Made by a program: the position numbers and the translations under genes | Origin: Thelocarpon superellum | Lineage: Eukaryota | Length of the DNA stretch: 39,474 nucleotides | NCBI GenBank assembly: GCA_026025795.1 | Contig: JAPEUG010000129.1 | Span: 1-39,474, forward strand | Direction of reading: 5' to 3' | Shown: piece by piece, positions 10,169 through 21,764 of the stretch | Layout of the letters: the number at the start of each line of letters is the position of its first letter | How positions within the stretch are numbered: position 1 is the stretch's first letter | Notes under the pieces: generated by a model | What the model was told of the DNA's origin: nothing | Databases searched by the model: none | What the model saw: only the letters and a program-made list of their open reading frames with translations

Positions 10169-11769
10169 ATGCCCGCCGAGGCAGGATACCCGCGACGGAT
10201 GTCTGGGGGACAAGCCATGCAGCATACCTTCGATCCATATCGAGCGGACCGAAGCCATCTGGCCCCTGAGGATGCCTTCTTCGCCCACTCTCCGCCGCAA
10301 CGGCCGCGATCATCGAGCAAGGCCGAGGCACCGGCAGCGGGGAACGGGGCAGTGGCGAACGAGTCGCTCAAACGCGTGCTCCTGCGCGGGGTCAACGGCA
10401 CGCAACGTCGCCCAGAGAAAGAGCGCGGCCGTAGCGGCAGTCGGCGGCGGAAAGGCGTGTGGAAGAAGCTACTCTGGGTCAAACAGTCCTGTCCGGATCC
10501 CCCGTCCTCCGTGGCTGACCTCATCTGTACTGACCATGCGCGGGCATAGATCCGGACAATTACACCGACCAAGAGACCTTTCTCGACCATTGGCAGCTCA
10601 ACCCGCGGTGGCAGCCCTACGACTTCTGGCCGCTGGTGGCCGACTCGACGGTGATCGTGCAACACGTGTGCTCCGTCATCATCTTCGTCTGTTGCTTTGT
10701 CGGCATCTTTCAAGAGCGCACCTCGCCCGTCACCGTGGTTGGCTTCGGCAGCTTTGGCACGGTCGTCGGATGGGTGCTATGGGACTGGTGGGTTGCGTCG
10801 GAAGACGGCAGCACTGCTTCGCTCGAGGCCGTGGCCGGAGCAGGCAGCAGCGTGGGCGCCGGAACAGGAGCCGGAGCAGGCAGCAGCGTGGGCGCCGGAA
10901 CAGGAGCCGCAGCAGGCGCCGAGGAGGGATCGAGCGCCAGTTCAACCTCGAGCTCCTTCAACGCTGGCTTGCCCGGCAAGGACGAGACACCGGTGCATGG
11001 CCTCGGGCTCTCGATGCCATCCTTGCAGACCGGACCGAGCCACTCCCACAGCGCGAGCGCCACCTCACTACAGTCGAACGCGTCGGCCGCTTCTCCGGAC
11101 ACGATGGGTCCTCCCCCGGGGGCGGCGAGCTTCGTCAGCTCGAGCTACTACCCGCCGTATGGCGCGACGGATTCGCCCTTTTCCCCGCGCAACCAGCAGC
11201 GCCTGGCGACGGCCAAATCGGCCTTGCTCATCTACTGTGCGCTTCTGGGACTGAGTCCCATCCTCAAGTCCCTCACCAAATCTACGACGAGCGACTCCAT
11301 CTGGGCCGTCAGTTGCTGGCTCATGGGCATCAACGTCTTCTTCTTCGACTACAGCGGCGGCGTGGGCGTCAAGTTCCCGGCGTCGCTGTCAACGAACGCG
11401 GCGCTGATGGCCTCCACCGTGCTCGCGTCACGGCTGCCGTCGACGACGCATGTCTTCTCCCTCACCCTCTTCTCCATCGAGGTCTTTGGGCTGTTTCCGG
11501 CCTTTCGTCGTCACCTCCGTCACGTCTCTTGGCGAGGCCACCTGGCGCTGACCATCTGTCTCATCACGGCGGCGGGGGGAGGCGTCGGGGTGACGAGTTC
11601 AGGGGGCGGTTGGAAGGCGGCCATTGTGGGGATTGTGCTGGGGGGATTCCTGACCGCGCTGGCCATGGGTGGGTGCAGCTGGTGGTTGATCGGCTTGCAG
11701 AAGTACAAGAACGAGATCCATGGGCCATGGGATCCGGCGCGGCCGGTGATCCGGAGACACTGGGATTGA
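10169..11769 (+). CDS. GPI2: GPI-GlcNAc transferase subunit PIG-C/Gpi2, ~513 aa; exons 10169-10490, 10550-11769
   Basis: Intron 10491-10549 yields WKKLLWVKQSYPDNYTD. Further family motifs LSPILKSLTKSTTSDSIWA, SLSTNAALMASTVLASRL and C-terminal LQKYKNEIHGPWDPARP. Exact start ATG uncertain. Confidence 0.93.
10834..10905 (+). repeat. 36-bp coding tandem duplication (AGAGSSVGAGTG x2) in GPI2
   Basis: GCCGGAGCAGGCAGCAGCGTGGGCGCCGGAACAGGA at 10834-10869 and 10870-10905. Confidence 0.95.
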
Positions 11770-12277
11770 GTAGCATCGGGAGTGTAGATGGATGGTAATC
11801 GACCGACACACGTCCTGCCGTCAAGCAAGGAGAACCTCTTCAATGCACAAGGCGATTGGCACGAGGCCCTCCCCATGCAATAGCCACATGGTGCCGATCG
11901 TGCCAGAGTCGCACGACGAGCCTCGCGATTGATGGATGCACAAGTTCGGTGCCAGGGCCAAGGACGAGTCCCCGTATCATGCAAGAGGAGGGGCGGCGTC
12001 TGATTGGACCAGCCCCTCTAGACCCCGCCGGCCTCTCCGACACTAACGTATGGAACCCTGCACACCACCAACCCGCCACAAGCACGGTAGCTGTACGGAC
12101 GGCTGTCTGCGTTCTGCGTCCTCCTGTCTGCTGTCCTGCCTGCTGCTCGGGCATCGGAGGGGTGACGAGTCCGCCTCAATCGAGCCATCGTGTTCCACCC
12201 TCACCGAACCCTCTCTCCTTGACCTGTCGCCCGTTGCTGTGGCTCCTGCCTCTGCTCCCACCAGCACATCTTCCATC

Positions 12278-14498
12278 ATGTCTCTGGCCGCTCCCGGTCG
12301 TTCCGGCCGCTCGCGGTCCAAGTCGCCCGGCGGCCGGCACCGCGAGAGATCAACGAGTCGAGCGCGATCGCCCACACGCGACACCGAAGTGGTCAAATAT
12401 GAATATGCCGAGGAGTCGTACAACTACCCTCCCGCTCCCCAGGTTCCTGATGCGCCGACGGGCCATCTCTCGCAGGGACGCCATTATTCCTACTCACAGC
12501 CCCACACGCAGTACGATACACGTCCGCCGGCCTCACCACAGCCAGGATACGCCAAGCCTGGGCAGTATCAGCATGCCGATCCAAGCGCATATTACCAGCA
12601 CCCGTCGCACGAGTCCATGCCTGGCGAATTCCCCCGGACTCATGAATACGCCCAGGTGACCCACGAAGAGCGCACGCAGTATGCCACTCCCGGACGATAT
12701 GAGTATTCGAAGAATGACCATCAAGACCGACGCGGTCCGCCGCACCCGGAAGCCACGCGACATCTCTCGTTCAGCACCGGGGGCAACTTCCACGTGGACA
12801 TTGGCGGCGGCCAAGGGTCTCATCAACACGATCGACCGGAATACGTCCAGTCACCCAGCTATGCCTACGCGCAGCCGCCACCGCTCGCACATTCGGAGAG
12901 CGGTCATGGACATCCGTCCACCCGGCCTCCAGTACGTGGGCAGCCTGCGCATGGTCCGACGTACGCCTCGCCGTCCGAGTATCAATATGCCCGCCCCGAC
13001 GAACGGATCCAATACAAGTACAAGCAGGGGAAGCATTCGGGCTCGTACGAGGAGAAGGACGAGGCCGAACGGATCGAGTACCAGTACAAGCAGGGGAAGC
13101 ATTCGGGCTCGTACGCGGAGAAGGAAGAGTCCACCATCATCGAGGTGCGCCCTGGAGGTTCTCATCGACCCCCGCCATCGCCCGGTTTGACCCCACACAT
13201 GCATCGTCTCTCGGTGAGTGGAGGAGCGCCGGGGTCGTTGGGACATGGCCTTGGCCATGGCCATGGCCATGGCGGTGGTGGCCTGCCCCCGGGGTCACCA
13301 TTGCTGGAGGCCTACCACGGCACTTATCAGTCCATGTCGCCCATGCCGTCGCCCATGGCATTGCCTGCGTCGTTAGATGACGGGCTTGATGACCTCGACA
13401 CTCTGTCGGACCTGGACTCGAGCGACGATCCTCGCCGGCGCACCGGGTCGAAGCGGGTCAAGTTCTACGACCCGGAAGATGATGCCAAGGCGCTGTCAGC
13501 CGCGCTCCGAGGGCGTACCGTCGACGAGGCGGTGCTGATTGAGGTCCTGCCGGGGCTGACGCATGACCACATGCTGCTGCTGCGGACGGAATACAAGAAA
13601 CATGCCAAGGTGCAGGGCAAGGGGATCAACATTGCCAAGCACATCAAGATGAAGTGCCCCACCTCGTCCTTTGGTAAAGTGGCCTACGCCACGGCGCTGG
13701 GACAGTGGGAGAGCGAGGCACACTGGGCCAACCTGTGGTATCAGAGCCACACGTCGCGGCGCGAGCTGCTGATCGAATCCTTGATGGGCCGCACCAACGC
13801 CGAGATTCGCGAGATCAAAGAGGCCTTCAGCGACAAACGCTACAACGACAGTCTGGAGAAGTGCATGAAGGCGGAGCTGAAGGCCGACAAGTTCCGCACC
13901 GCCGTCCTGCTCGTGCTGGAGGAGAAGCGCATGGAGGAGAGCAACGTGCTCCGGGGCGACGTGGTGCGCGACGACGTCCGCCGTCTGTACGATGCCCTCA
14001 GCGGCCGCAGCGGCGGCGAGACCGTCATGATCCAGATCGTCGTGACGCGGTCGGACTCGCACCTGCGCGAGGTCTTGCGCGTCTACGAGAAGACGTATAA
14101 CAAGAACTTTGCCAAGGAGATGCTGCGCAAGTCCACCAACCTCGTCGTACGCCCTCCTCTGAGCTCCATGCCTTTTCTTCCCTCCCCTTTCCTTTCCTCA
14201 CCGAGCCGTGCTGACCGGACTACACCAGGGCGAAACGCTGGCACACATCCTGAACGGCCTCATCAACCGACCCGTCCGAGACGCCCTGCTCCTGCACCAG
14301 GCCATCGAGGAGACGGGCAAAGAACGCACGGAACTGCTCATCTCGCGCCTGGTGCGGTACCACTGGGATCGGCCGCACCTGGAACGCGTGAAGCAGGAGT
14401 TTCGGGCGCGATATGGCGAGGAGCTGGCCACTGCATTGGCCGAGAGCACCAAGGGGGATTTTGGGGAGTTTTGCGTCGAGTTGGTTGTGAGGAGGTAG
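12278..14498 (+). CDS. Fungal annexin, ANXC4-type, with long disordered N-terminus, ~712 aa; exons 12278-14146, 14229-14498
   Basis: Annexin-like repeats (YDPEDDAKAL, LIEVLP, RELLIESLMGRTNAEIREIKEAF, VTRSDSHLREV, TKGDFGEFC). Intron 14147-14228 (GTACGC...GCTGAC...CAG) gives STNLV|GETL. The upstream in-frame ATG at 12050 is less likely. Confidence 0.88.
13001..13132 (+). repeat. 66-bp (22-aa) imperfect coding duplication in the annexin N-terminus
   Basis: ERIQYKYKQGKHSGSYEEKDEA / ERIEYQYKQGKHSGSYAEKEES; units start at 13001 and 13067. Confidence 0.9.
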
Positions 14499-15079
14499 AG
14501 AGCGGTCGTGGAGGGTGGGGGGGACCATAGTCGCAGCACATGGCACACCCGGTTGCAGGGAATGCCACATCTATATCGGGACTCGAATCTATACATGACG
14601 GAGGAATATATTCAGCCATCACTGCCACGATCCAATCTCCAGTCTCCAGTCTCAATATTGACTATGGCAGCATTGTACGAGTGCGACCGGCGACCACTCG
14701 ACACCTAACACAGCACGAAGTACTCTGTATAACGACAACATACGCTTCGTTTTGTCGATAATGCATGGGGTACCAGACTTCTTCATCAGGCTAATTTGCA
14801 TTCTTTTTCCATTCTCCGTCTCCTCTTCTCTCACTTCCTCCCTGCTCCCCACTCTCATCCCCTTGCTTATGAGCTCGGCTGCTGGACCGGGCGTGGACAG
14901 GTGCGAATACTCTCGTCCGACGCGGAACACAGGAGGATATCACCCAGAACGAACGAACGAACGCCTCCACGGACGTACGGAGACACGGAGACACAGATGC
15001 GTGGATAAAGTCAAGCGACAATGGTGAGAGGGTGAGAGGATGGGGGAAGCAAAAGAATAGTTTGGTAGTACAAAGTACC

Positions 15080-15109
15080 AGTAGTAGTAGTAGTAGTCGT
15101 AGTAGTAGT
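15080..15109. repeat. (TAG/GTA)n microsatellite
   Basis: AGTAGTAGTAGTAGTAGTCGTAGTAGTAGT between the convergent annexin and septin 3' ends. Confidence 0.9.
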
Positions 15110-15435
15110 GATTGAAATAAACCAGACGTTGAGTTGACGGTGGGAAGAATAGGCTCCCTCATTCCTTTCCCCAATTGTCTCCGTCTGCCTCCCTTCCACA
15201 CATAGACACGCACACACACATGCGGACTCGCTCTCCGCCTTTTGGTCCTCTCCATGAATCGACGCTGATGAACATCACACCGGAACATACGCGTCATCAC
15301 TGTCCAGGTCTGTCGAGACGACGTGCATGGATAGGGTATGGACCCTCATGCAAGGGGGTCGTGCCATCACAACACACTCGGGAGCAACGCGTCGTCTGCT
15401 TCAACCTCCAATCTCCAACCTCCGCACACCATCTC

Positions 15436-17261
15436 TTACACCTTCCCTCGCGCCATGGGAACGCCATGCAATGGCACCGGTCCCGCAGATCTCTTTACGG
15501 CCGCGGCCGACGGGGGTGGGCCCGGTCGAGAGGGTCGACGCTTCCTCAGTCGACTCGTGCGCCAGCCTTCATACCACAGCTCGCGGCTCGCTTCTCGCAG
15601 CTCGCCTCGCCACTGGTTGAAGACGGCGTCCTTGAGACGGACAAAGTCGCAGTGATCGGGGTCGTAGGGATCCGCAAATCCCCAGGGGAACTTCCGCCCG
15701 ATCGTCCCCGGATCGTAGGCATCCGGGCTGATGATCGAGAGGGGGAGATAGGGTACCTGCGAGTCGGACCCGATGCCGGACGGTGCTAGGAGGGACGAGC
15801 GAGGGGACGGACGATCAGCCGCGGCTCCTTCTGCCGTCGCGGTGGATCCGGCTTCTTTGCGCGCCGGGCCGAGTGGGTCGACGGATTCTTCTTGATCCGT
15901 GTTGGATTGCTTGATCAGCATGCTGGAATCCGACGACTCAACCTCCTCGTCCTTCTCCTCAATGTCCGAGTTCGCGTCCGCGTCCGCGTCCGCGTCGAGT
16001 TCATCCAAGCCCAGGGCCTCCAGCGGGTCCAGGTTCGCGCGCTTCAGACCATCCCACACCAGTCGCTTGAGGAAGCCCATGTGCGCACTGGTGATGGTGT
16101 CCGCCTTGCTGATGACCGGCACCACCGTCGTCTTCCCTTGCAAGGCACGCAGCACCTGCAGATCCAAGTTCTCGTCCAAGCCGCTGATGAAGGACTTGCC
16201 GTGTTTCCCGTTGACGCCATTCTTCGACTCGCTGAGACTGGCCTTGGATGCCGCCACGTTCTCCGTCAGCCGCGCCGGGTCGAGCAGCAGGAAGACGCAG
16301 TGGATGTGCGTGTCCTGCACGCCGGGAGCGCGCACGACCTTCATCTCTTCGGTAAAGGTCTCTTCGAACTTGCTCTCCAGAAATGACGTCATCTCGCGCA
16401 GCTGCAGGTCCACCACGTTCTTCTCCAGTCCTTGCGAGTCCCAGAGCGTCAGGCCGACGCGCTCGCCGTCGATCTCCGTCTCGAGATACTGCGACTCAAA
16501 GGCCGAGTTGCCGCCTTCCGCCGACGACGTGCGCGGCAGGGCCGGCTCGGTCTCCTCGATCTTGTTGAAGCCCTTCCTCTTCGACAGGGCGAGGGAGGAA
16601 CGCAGGAAGTTCAGGAAGGACGTCTTGCCCGCGTCACGGGCGCCCACCACCAGCACACTGGACGGGTCAGTCAACGCGAACGCGTCCGCGACGGTGGGGC
16701 GACGATGGCTTACTTGAAGGGGGTGGGATCCTTGCGCCGTCGCACCTTGCGCGGACTGTTGATGGTGCTGATGGCGCTGCTGGCGTAGCTGTACCGGCCG
16801 CGGTGCGTCATGCTCTCCGTTCGCGCGTACGGGTCGATGGGTGGCTGCTCCGTCGGCGAGTTGGTGGGAATGGGAGGGATGGGCGGGTGTGAGGGCGAAC
16901 GAGGTGAGCGGCCGTCGGCGGAGGCGCGCATGACGGTGGAGCTCAGGTCGCCGGGGCCGAGGGACTGGAAGGACGTGTCGTAGATGTCGGGCAGACGGGG
17001 CGGCGATTGCGGCACGCCCGCCGCCTCTCGCTGACGGCGGAGGAGGTCCTGTCGTTGATTGGCCGAGCGCTTCCGGGTCAGTCGGGTGCCGGAGCTGTTG
17101 CGGCCGCTGAGATCGCCCGACTTGGAGCGACGCAGGAAGCCCAAGCTGGAGCGTCGCGGCGGGTGGTCTTTGCCCTCGGGGATGCTTGGCATGGTCTCAC
17201 TCTCGGCCGCGGGTGGCGAGCGGCCGGGCGTGCTGGGTCGGGCAAACGGACTGCTGACCAT
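15436..17261 (-). CDS. Septin-family GTPase, non-core type, ~589 aa; exons 17261-16714, 16657-15436
   Basis: Intron 16713-16658 (GTAAGC...CTGAC...CAG) gives KDPTPFN-VLVVGARDAGKT (G1). G3 WDSQG, G4 ISKAD, DTHIHC; septin unique element GRKFPWG...HCDFVRL. Confidence 0.9.
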
Positions 17262-18885
17262 GCTGGCGGGTGTCACAGGACGGGGCAGATCCACGGTCCG
17301 GCTCACCGGAGCGGCGCAGGCGCAGGCGCAGGCACAGGCGCACGATGGGGGAGGCCGGATGGCGCACGATGGGCGGCGGCGGAGAGGGTGGAGGAAGATG
17401 GTACGAGTCCGAACCCGAGCACGAGGAGAGAGGTCGACGGGGACGGGGGTGCAGCAACGGAGCACCAGGGCACCGGGAACGCGCGAGAGAATAGGAGAAC
17501 CCCGGCGGCGGCGTCAGGGGTCAAGCGAGCGACTGGTCGGAGCCTTGGCGTCGGCCACGGTCGCGCAACGCTCGCAAGCTCCCCAGGCGATGATGGACGA
17601 GAGCTGATGATGCAATGGTCTCGATGCTCGGCCCAGTCGATGATGGCGCTGAGATTTTCGGGACGAAAGATGGAGTCGCCAGGTCGTCCCGCGTCTGATG
17701 ATCTGGGTGGATGCGGACGCGGGCGCGGGTGCGGGTGCGGGTGCGGACGCAACCTGCGAGCTGCGCACCTAACTGCTCCTGTTCGAGCTGGCGCGGCTCG
17801 ACCACTCACGCTTCGACCTCGCCCTCACTCGTTTGGCTCGTTTGGCTGGCGCCGGAAGTTGCAGGTGCAGGTTGCAGCTCTAACGACGACTTCGCTAACA
17901 GAGCGGTTGCTGCTCCTCGTACCGTAGTGATTTCGCTTGGGACCCACAGCCGGGCGGCAGGTGACTTCGCGACGGTACTTGGCCGAGTGGCGGTACAAGT
18001 ATCGATTCTCGGACCCGTGCCCAAGCGAAGTGATCCACACCTGCGCCCTGCATGCAACCTCTCCGCCCTGGAGGAAGCGTGGAGGGCTTCAGGGCTTGAA
18101 GGAGCATGCCCCGGGGAAATGATCGTGGGTCCAAGACACCAGTGCTCGAAAGCAGCGCTGCAGCGATGGGCGCGCGATGGATTCTCCACGACGCCGTGCA
18201 TCTCAAGTCCGCTTCCGCCCATTTGCCAATCGGCGCCGGGGACCTCGCTGAACTCGTCCGCCTTGCTCGTACGGACAAGCTTGAAGGGCAAAGTACTCTC
18301 CCACCAGTTTTTGGCCTGTTTGGTACGACGCGTGGCATGCGGCCGGCTGCTTTCGGCGTGCCACCTCGCACCTCGCACCGAGCACCTCGCACCGAGCATT
18401 ATCGCTGACCTAAGCCACGGCACAAGTATGAGCCCTACAGGCGGGTAGGGAGCACGGCCTGCTCCGAGGTACGAGGTCTTCTACGTCTCACTGGCGCGAC
18501 TCCTCTTCTAGCTCTGGGCGCTCCGAGTAACTACGTCTCGCACCTCGATAGTTGCGATTGATGAGACGAGGAGCGAACCCACAGTACATACTGGATATGG
18601 TACGACGCATATATAGGAGGGCGAGATTGTCCCACAGCGGATGCTCGCCTGGCTGGGAAGGCAAGGTCGGTCGTGCGGCTGGCCGGACAGCACATTCAAG
18701 CCACAGCGTACCAAACTGTACGTAGTCTACAGAAGGCGGTAGATCAGAGTGGGATTATGTTACCGCTCGGCCTCTCTCCTTGTTTTCATCCCGCATCATG
18801 ACGCAACGCTCTAGCTTGGGAGTTTGTCATGGCGCCCGGTGAGCTCAATCGGTTCGTGCTCATCGTGATGGTTGTGCCAGGCCCT

Positions 18886-19953
18886 TCATGGCGAGTCCGG
18901 GCACATGATGCCGCCGGCGATTTGCATCGTCCGCCAGTACTGGTAATAGTGTTGGAAGGTGGCATACCATGGGTGCACAACGCCCGGGATCGCGGGGATG
19001 CCTGTCGGTGGGGTGAAAGGTGGGTCGACAGCCCCAGCTGTTCCTTCATGGTGTGGTCGACGTCGAGGAGGCCGGTAAGGGGTGTGCACTCGAGGCAAGG
19101 GAATGTGCCGTTCCTGGTACATCCGCACCATGCCAAGATTGAAATGCCTCTCCATCTGACCGTAGGGAGTGACGTCGAAGATTTGGGCCGCAAAGCCATG
19201 GGGCGGGCCGATCGAGGCGATGCGCCGGAGTAGCTCGACGAGCACACACGCCGGCACGTGGCGATGCGGGCTCGGGCGAAACTCGTATTCCCACCGGTGC
19301 GGCTCATCTCCCTCCAGGTCCCGGTGCGGAGCCCAAAGCTCGTCGAATCGACGACCAACGTCTGCCTCCAGCCCACCGCGAACTCGGTTGAGCAAAGCGA
19401 GCATGTCGCCGAGCGGGTATTCGGCATCGCCTTGAGCTTCCAGCGGCCTGATGTCGATCTGGAAAAGGTGTGGTCTGCCGTCGGGAAAGAGAAATTCACA
19501 TCGATAGGATATGTTCTCATCGCTGGTGCCATCGTGGTCCGTCGTGTCGTCGACGCCTCCTACCGGATCATCTGTCTCTCGGGACTCCAGCACCGGAGTC
19601 CTGGAGGTGAACGTGTCTTGGCGTGTAGACGACCCGTCATCCACTTCAGCGGGTTGAGACTGGCGTCGTCGCAACTCCCACCGACTGCCACTCTTCGTGG
19701 CCTTGCCATCCACACGGTCGTAGATTTCGTCGTGGCCAGGTGCGTCTCTCACAAGGCTGCCATAAGCACGGTCCACGAGTGTTGCTATGTCTGCCCTACA
19801 TCCCGTTGCATCACCGACATCGTCCTCCGTCGTCCGCAAAGCAGTGCTCAACTCGTCGACGACGCCATGGCCGGAAGCAAGCCGGGCGAGAGCGAGCGAG
19901 CACTGGAGCCACAGGCAAAGGAGCGAAGCGACGCTGGGTTGACGGACCATCAT
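18886..19953 (-). CDS. Putative secreted protein of unknown function, 355 aa
   Basis: Uninterrupted ORF; N-terminal signal peptide (SVASLLCLWLQCSLALA); acidic pro-like region with RRR; no family recognised. Confidence 0.6.
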   Translation of the reverse strand: MMVRQPSVASLLCLWLQCSLALARLASGHGVVDELSTALRTTEDDVGDATGCRADIATLVDRAYGSLVRDAPGHDEIYDRVDGKATKSGSRWELRRRQSQPAEVDDGSSTRQDTFTSRTPVLESRETDDPVGGVDDTTDHDGTSDENISYRCEFLFPDGRPHLFQIDIRPLEAQGDAEYPLGDMLALLNRVRGGLEADVGRRFDELWAPHRDLEGDEPHRWEYEFRPSPHRHVPACVLVELLRRIASIGPPHGFAAQIFDVTPYGQMERHFNLGMVRMYQERHIPLPRVHTPYRPPRRRPHHEGTAGAVDPPFTPPTGIPAIPGVVHPWYATFQHYYQYWRTMQIAGGIMCPDSP

Positions 19954-20790
19954 AGATCATGAATCATGGACATGGGTCAGGAGGCAGTCGAGGAGTCACT
20001 CGATGCTCGTCCAGCGATACTTCCTGCCAAGGGACGTTGGCGAAACGGAGGCTGGTCAGTATTCCCCCGGTGTAGCTGTCGAGAGCTGGCATGAGGGCTC
20101 TCGGGCATGGTCGGCATGCGAGAAACACGCCCTCCGTGTCGCTTGCTCCTCCTTGTGCAGGAGTCAAAGGCGCACGAGATCAATGACACATGCGGAGCGA
20201 ATAATGGCGCGATATCGCCCAGTGCGGCGGGATGAAAGAGGACGTAGGAATAAGGTTCAACAGGTCGGGGTCACAATCAGGATCGGCCATGCATCGCAGG
20301 GCCGGCATGGTCGGGGGGCACATGCGGGCAGACAGACACACAAACTTGCGGCAGGTCACTCTCCGCAATTTACATCTACGGAGAAGGAATGGCATGTCGA
20401 ACAGCTGAATGGTCCCTTTGGCAACCATCCTTTCTTCTCTCGTCCCTATCCTGTCCGCCTGCCCGAAGGCGTCACTGTCCATGGGCGCGGGGTCGTCGCC
20501 GGTCAAGCGTCACCATCCGTACCAGACGCAGTGTCTCAACGGAGGCATTGCGCCCCGCATGATCGGGTCTGTGCTCCCTCCACCCACCCATCGCCCATGG
20601 CTACTGATCCTCGAACACAGGGAAGTTGCCTCACAAAGCCAATCCTTCGTGGGCCCCCATACGAAGCGAGGCCCGGGACAAGTCGGAGAGCGGCCAACCT
20701 CGGTCACTCGCTCATACCTGAGCCCACCCTGCGTGAAGCCTCCGATGAAGAGACTTCTCCGCTGGCCCAGTGGGCGGTCTCCGTCCGATC

Positions 20791-21659
20791 ATGATCGACT
20801 CACGTTCGTTCCTGGCGGCGACAATGGCCGGCCTCGGGCTGTGGTGCACGGTCGCGCGGGCTCAAGAAGGAACATGCGATTTCAACTCGTGCGATCGACC
20901 CTTCCGTTCTTCGAAAGAGCCCGATGACGAGAGATGCTGACGTTGAATAGCGCCCAAGCCAACCTGACCTATCCATATCCGCCCTTTGAGGGCCAGCCCC
21001 TCGCATACGCCTCCTCGCTGGCCAGCGGCGCGAGCCTGGCGCAATGGGGCATGAGCGACGCAGACCAAGCCTATGTCTTACCCTGGAAATGGATGCGATT
21101 ACCTCCCCTCGATAATGAGGTGTTTGGCCTGCGCCTCTATGATGGCCAAATCATCACCAACGTCTTCAATAGCGCGGGGACCAAGACGCAACTCCTATGG
21201 GAGGACCCCTTCTGGCCACCGGCTTGCGCCCGCATGACGGCGGAGCTGGCACGCCTACAGGGGACGGCGCATGTGCGCAAGACGATGGGCGTCACCGTCA
21301 AGCATCACGGCGTGTCGTTCCCTGACGAGCAGAACGTCAACGCCACCGTTTACGCCTACATATCCGTCTTCGTGGCCAATCATGGCCCGGAGACTTTGTC
21401 GACCTTCACCCAGGGCTGCGCCTCGTGGTTCGCGGGCCTAGTAGCCGACGGACTGGAGACTCGCGCGTCCCGCGTCGACACCAATCGCCAGCACGTCTTG
21501 GATACCAACGGCTCCGCGCTTCTAGATGCGCAAGGCCGCATGGTGACGGATGCGCCGCCGCTACTCGGGGCCACGGTGGGCGGCGGACGCTCCGTTCGCA
21601 CGGCCAACGGCACCTTCATGCTCTGGGTCGAGCCCGTTGCCGTGCCGGCATCAGACTAA
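20791..21659 (+). CDS. Putative secreted protein of unknown function, ~268 aa; exons 20791-20888, 20951-21659
   Basis: Exon 1 encodes MIDSRSFLAATMAGLGLWCTVARAQEGTCDFN (signal peptide). Intron 20889-20950 (GTGCGA...GCTGAC...TAG) splices in phase into the 20934..21659 ORF; several N-glycosylation sequons. Confidence 0.7.
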
Positions 21660-21764
21660 GGATAGACCGATGGACGATGAGGCCTCATCTAGCCCTCACG
21701 TGTACTTTCGTGTGATTACATATGAAGTTGCATTTGTGATGTGCTCTGTGGAAATGCATCCCTC

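Noticed and set aside
17500..18800. ORFs of 165-245 aa upstream of the septin
   Set aside because: No domain, composition bias or splice support; treated as intergenic.
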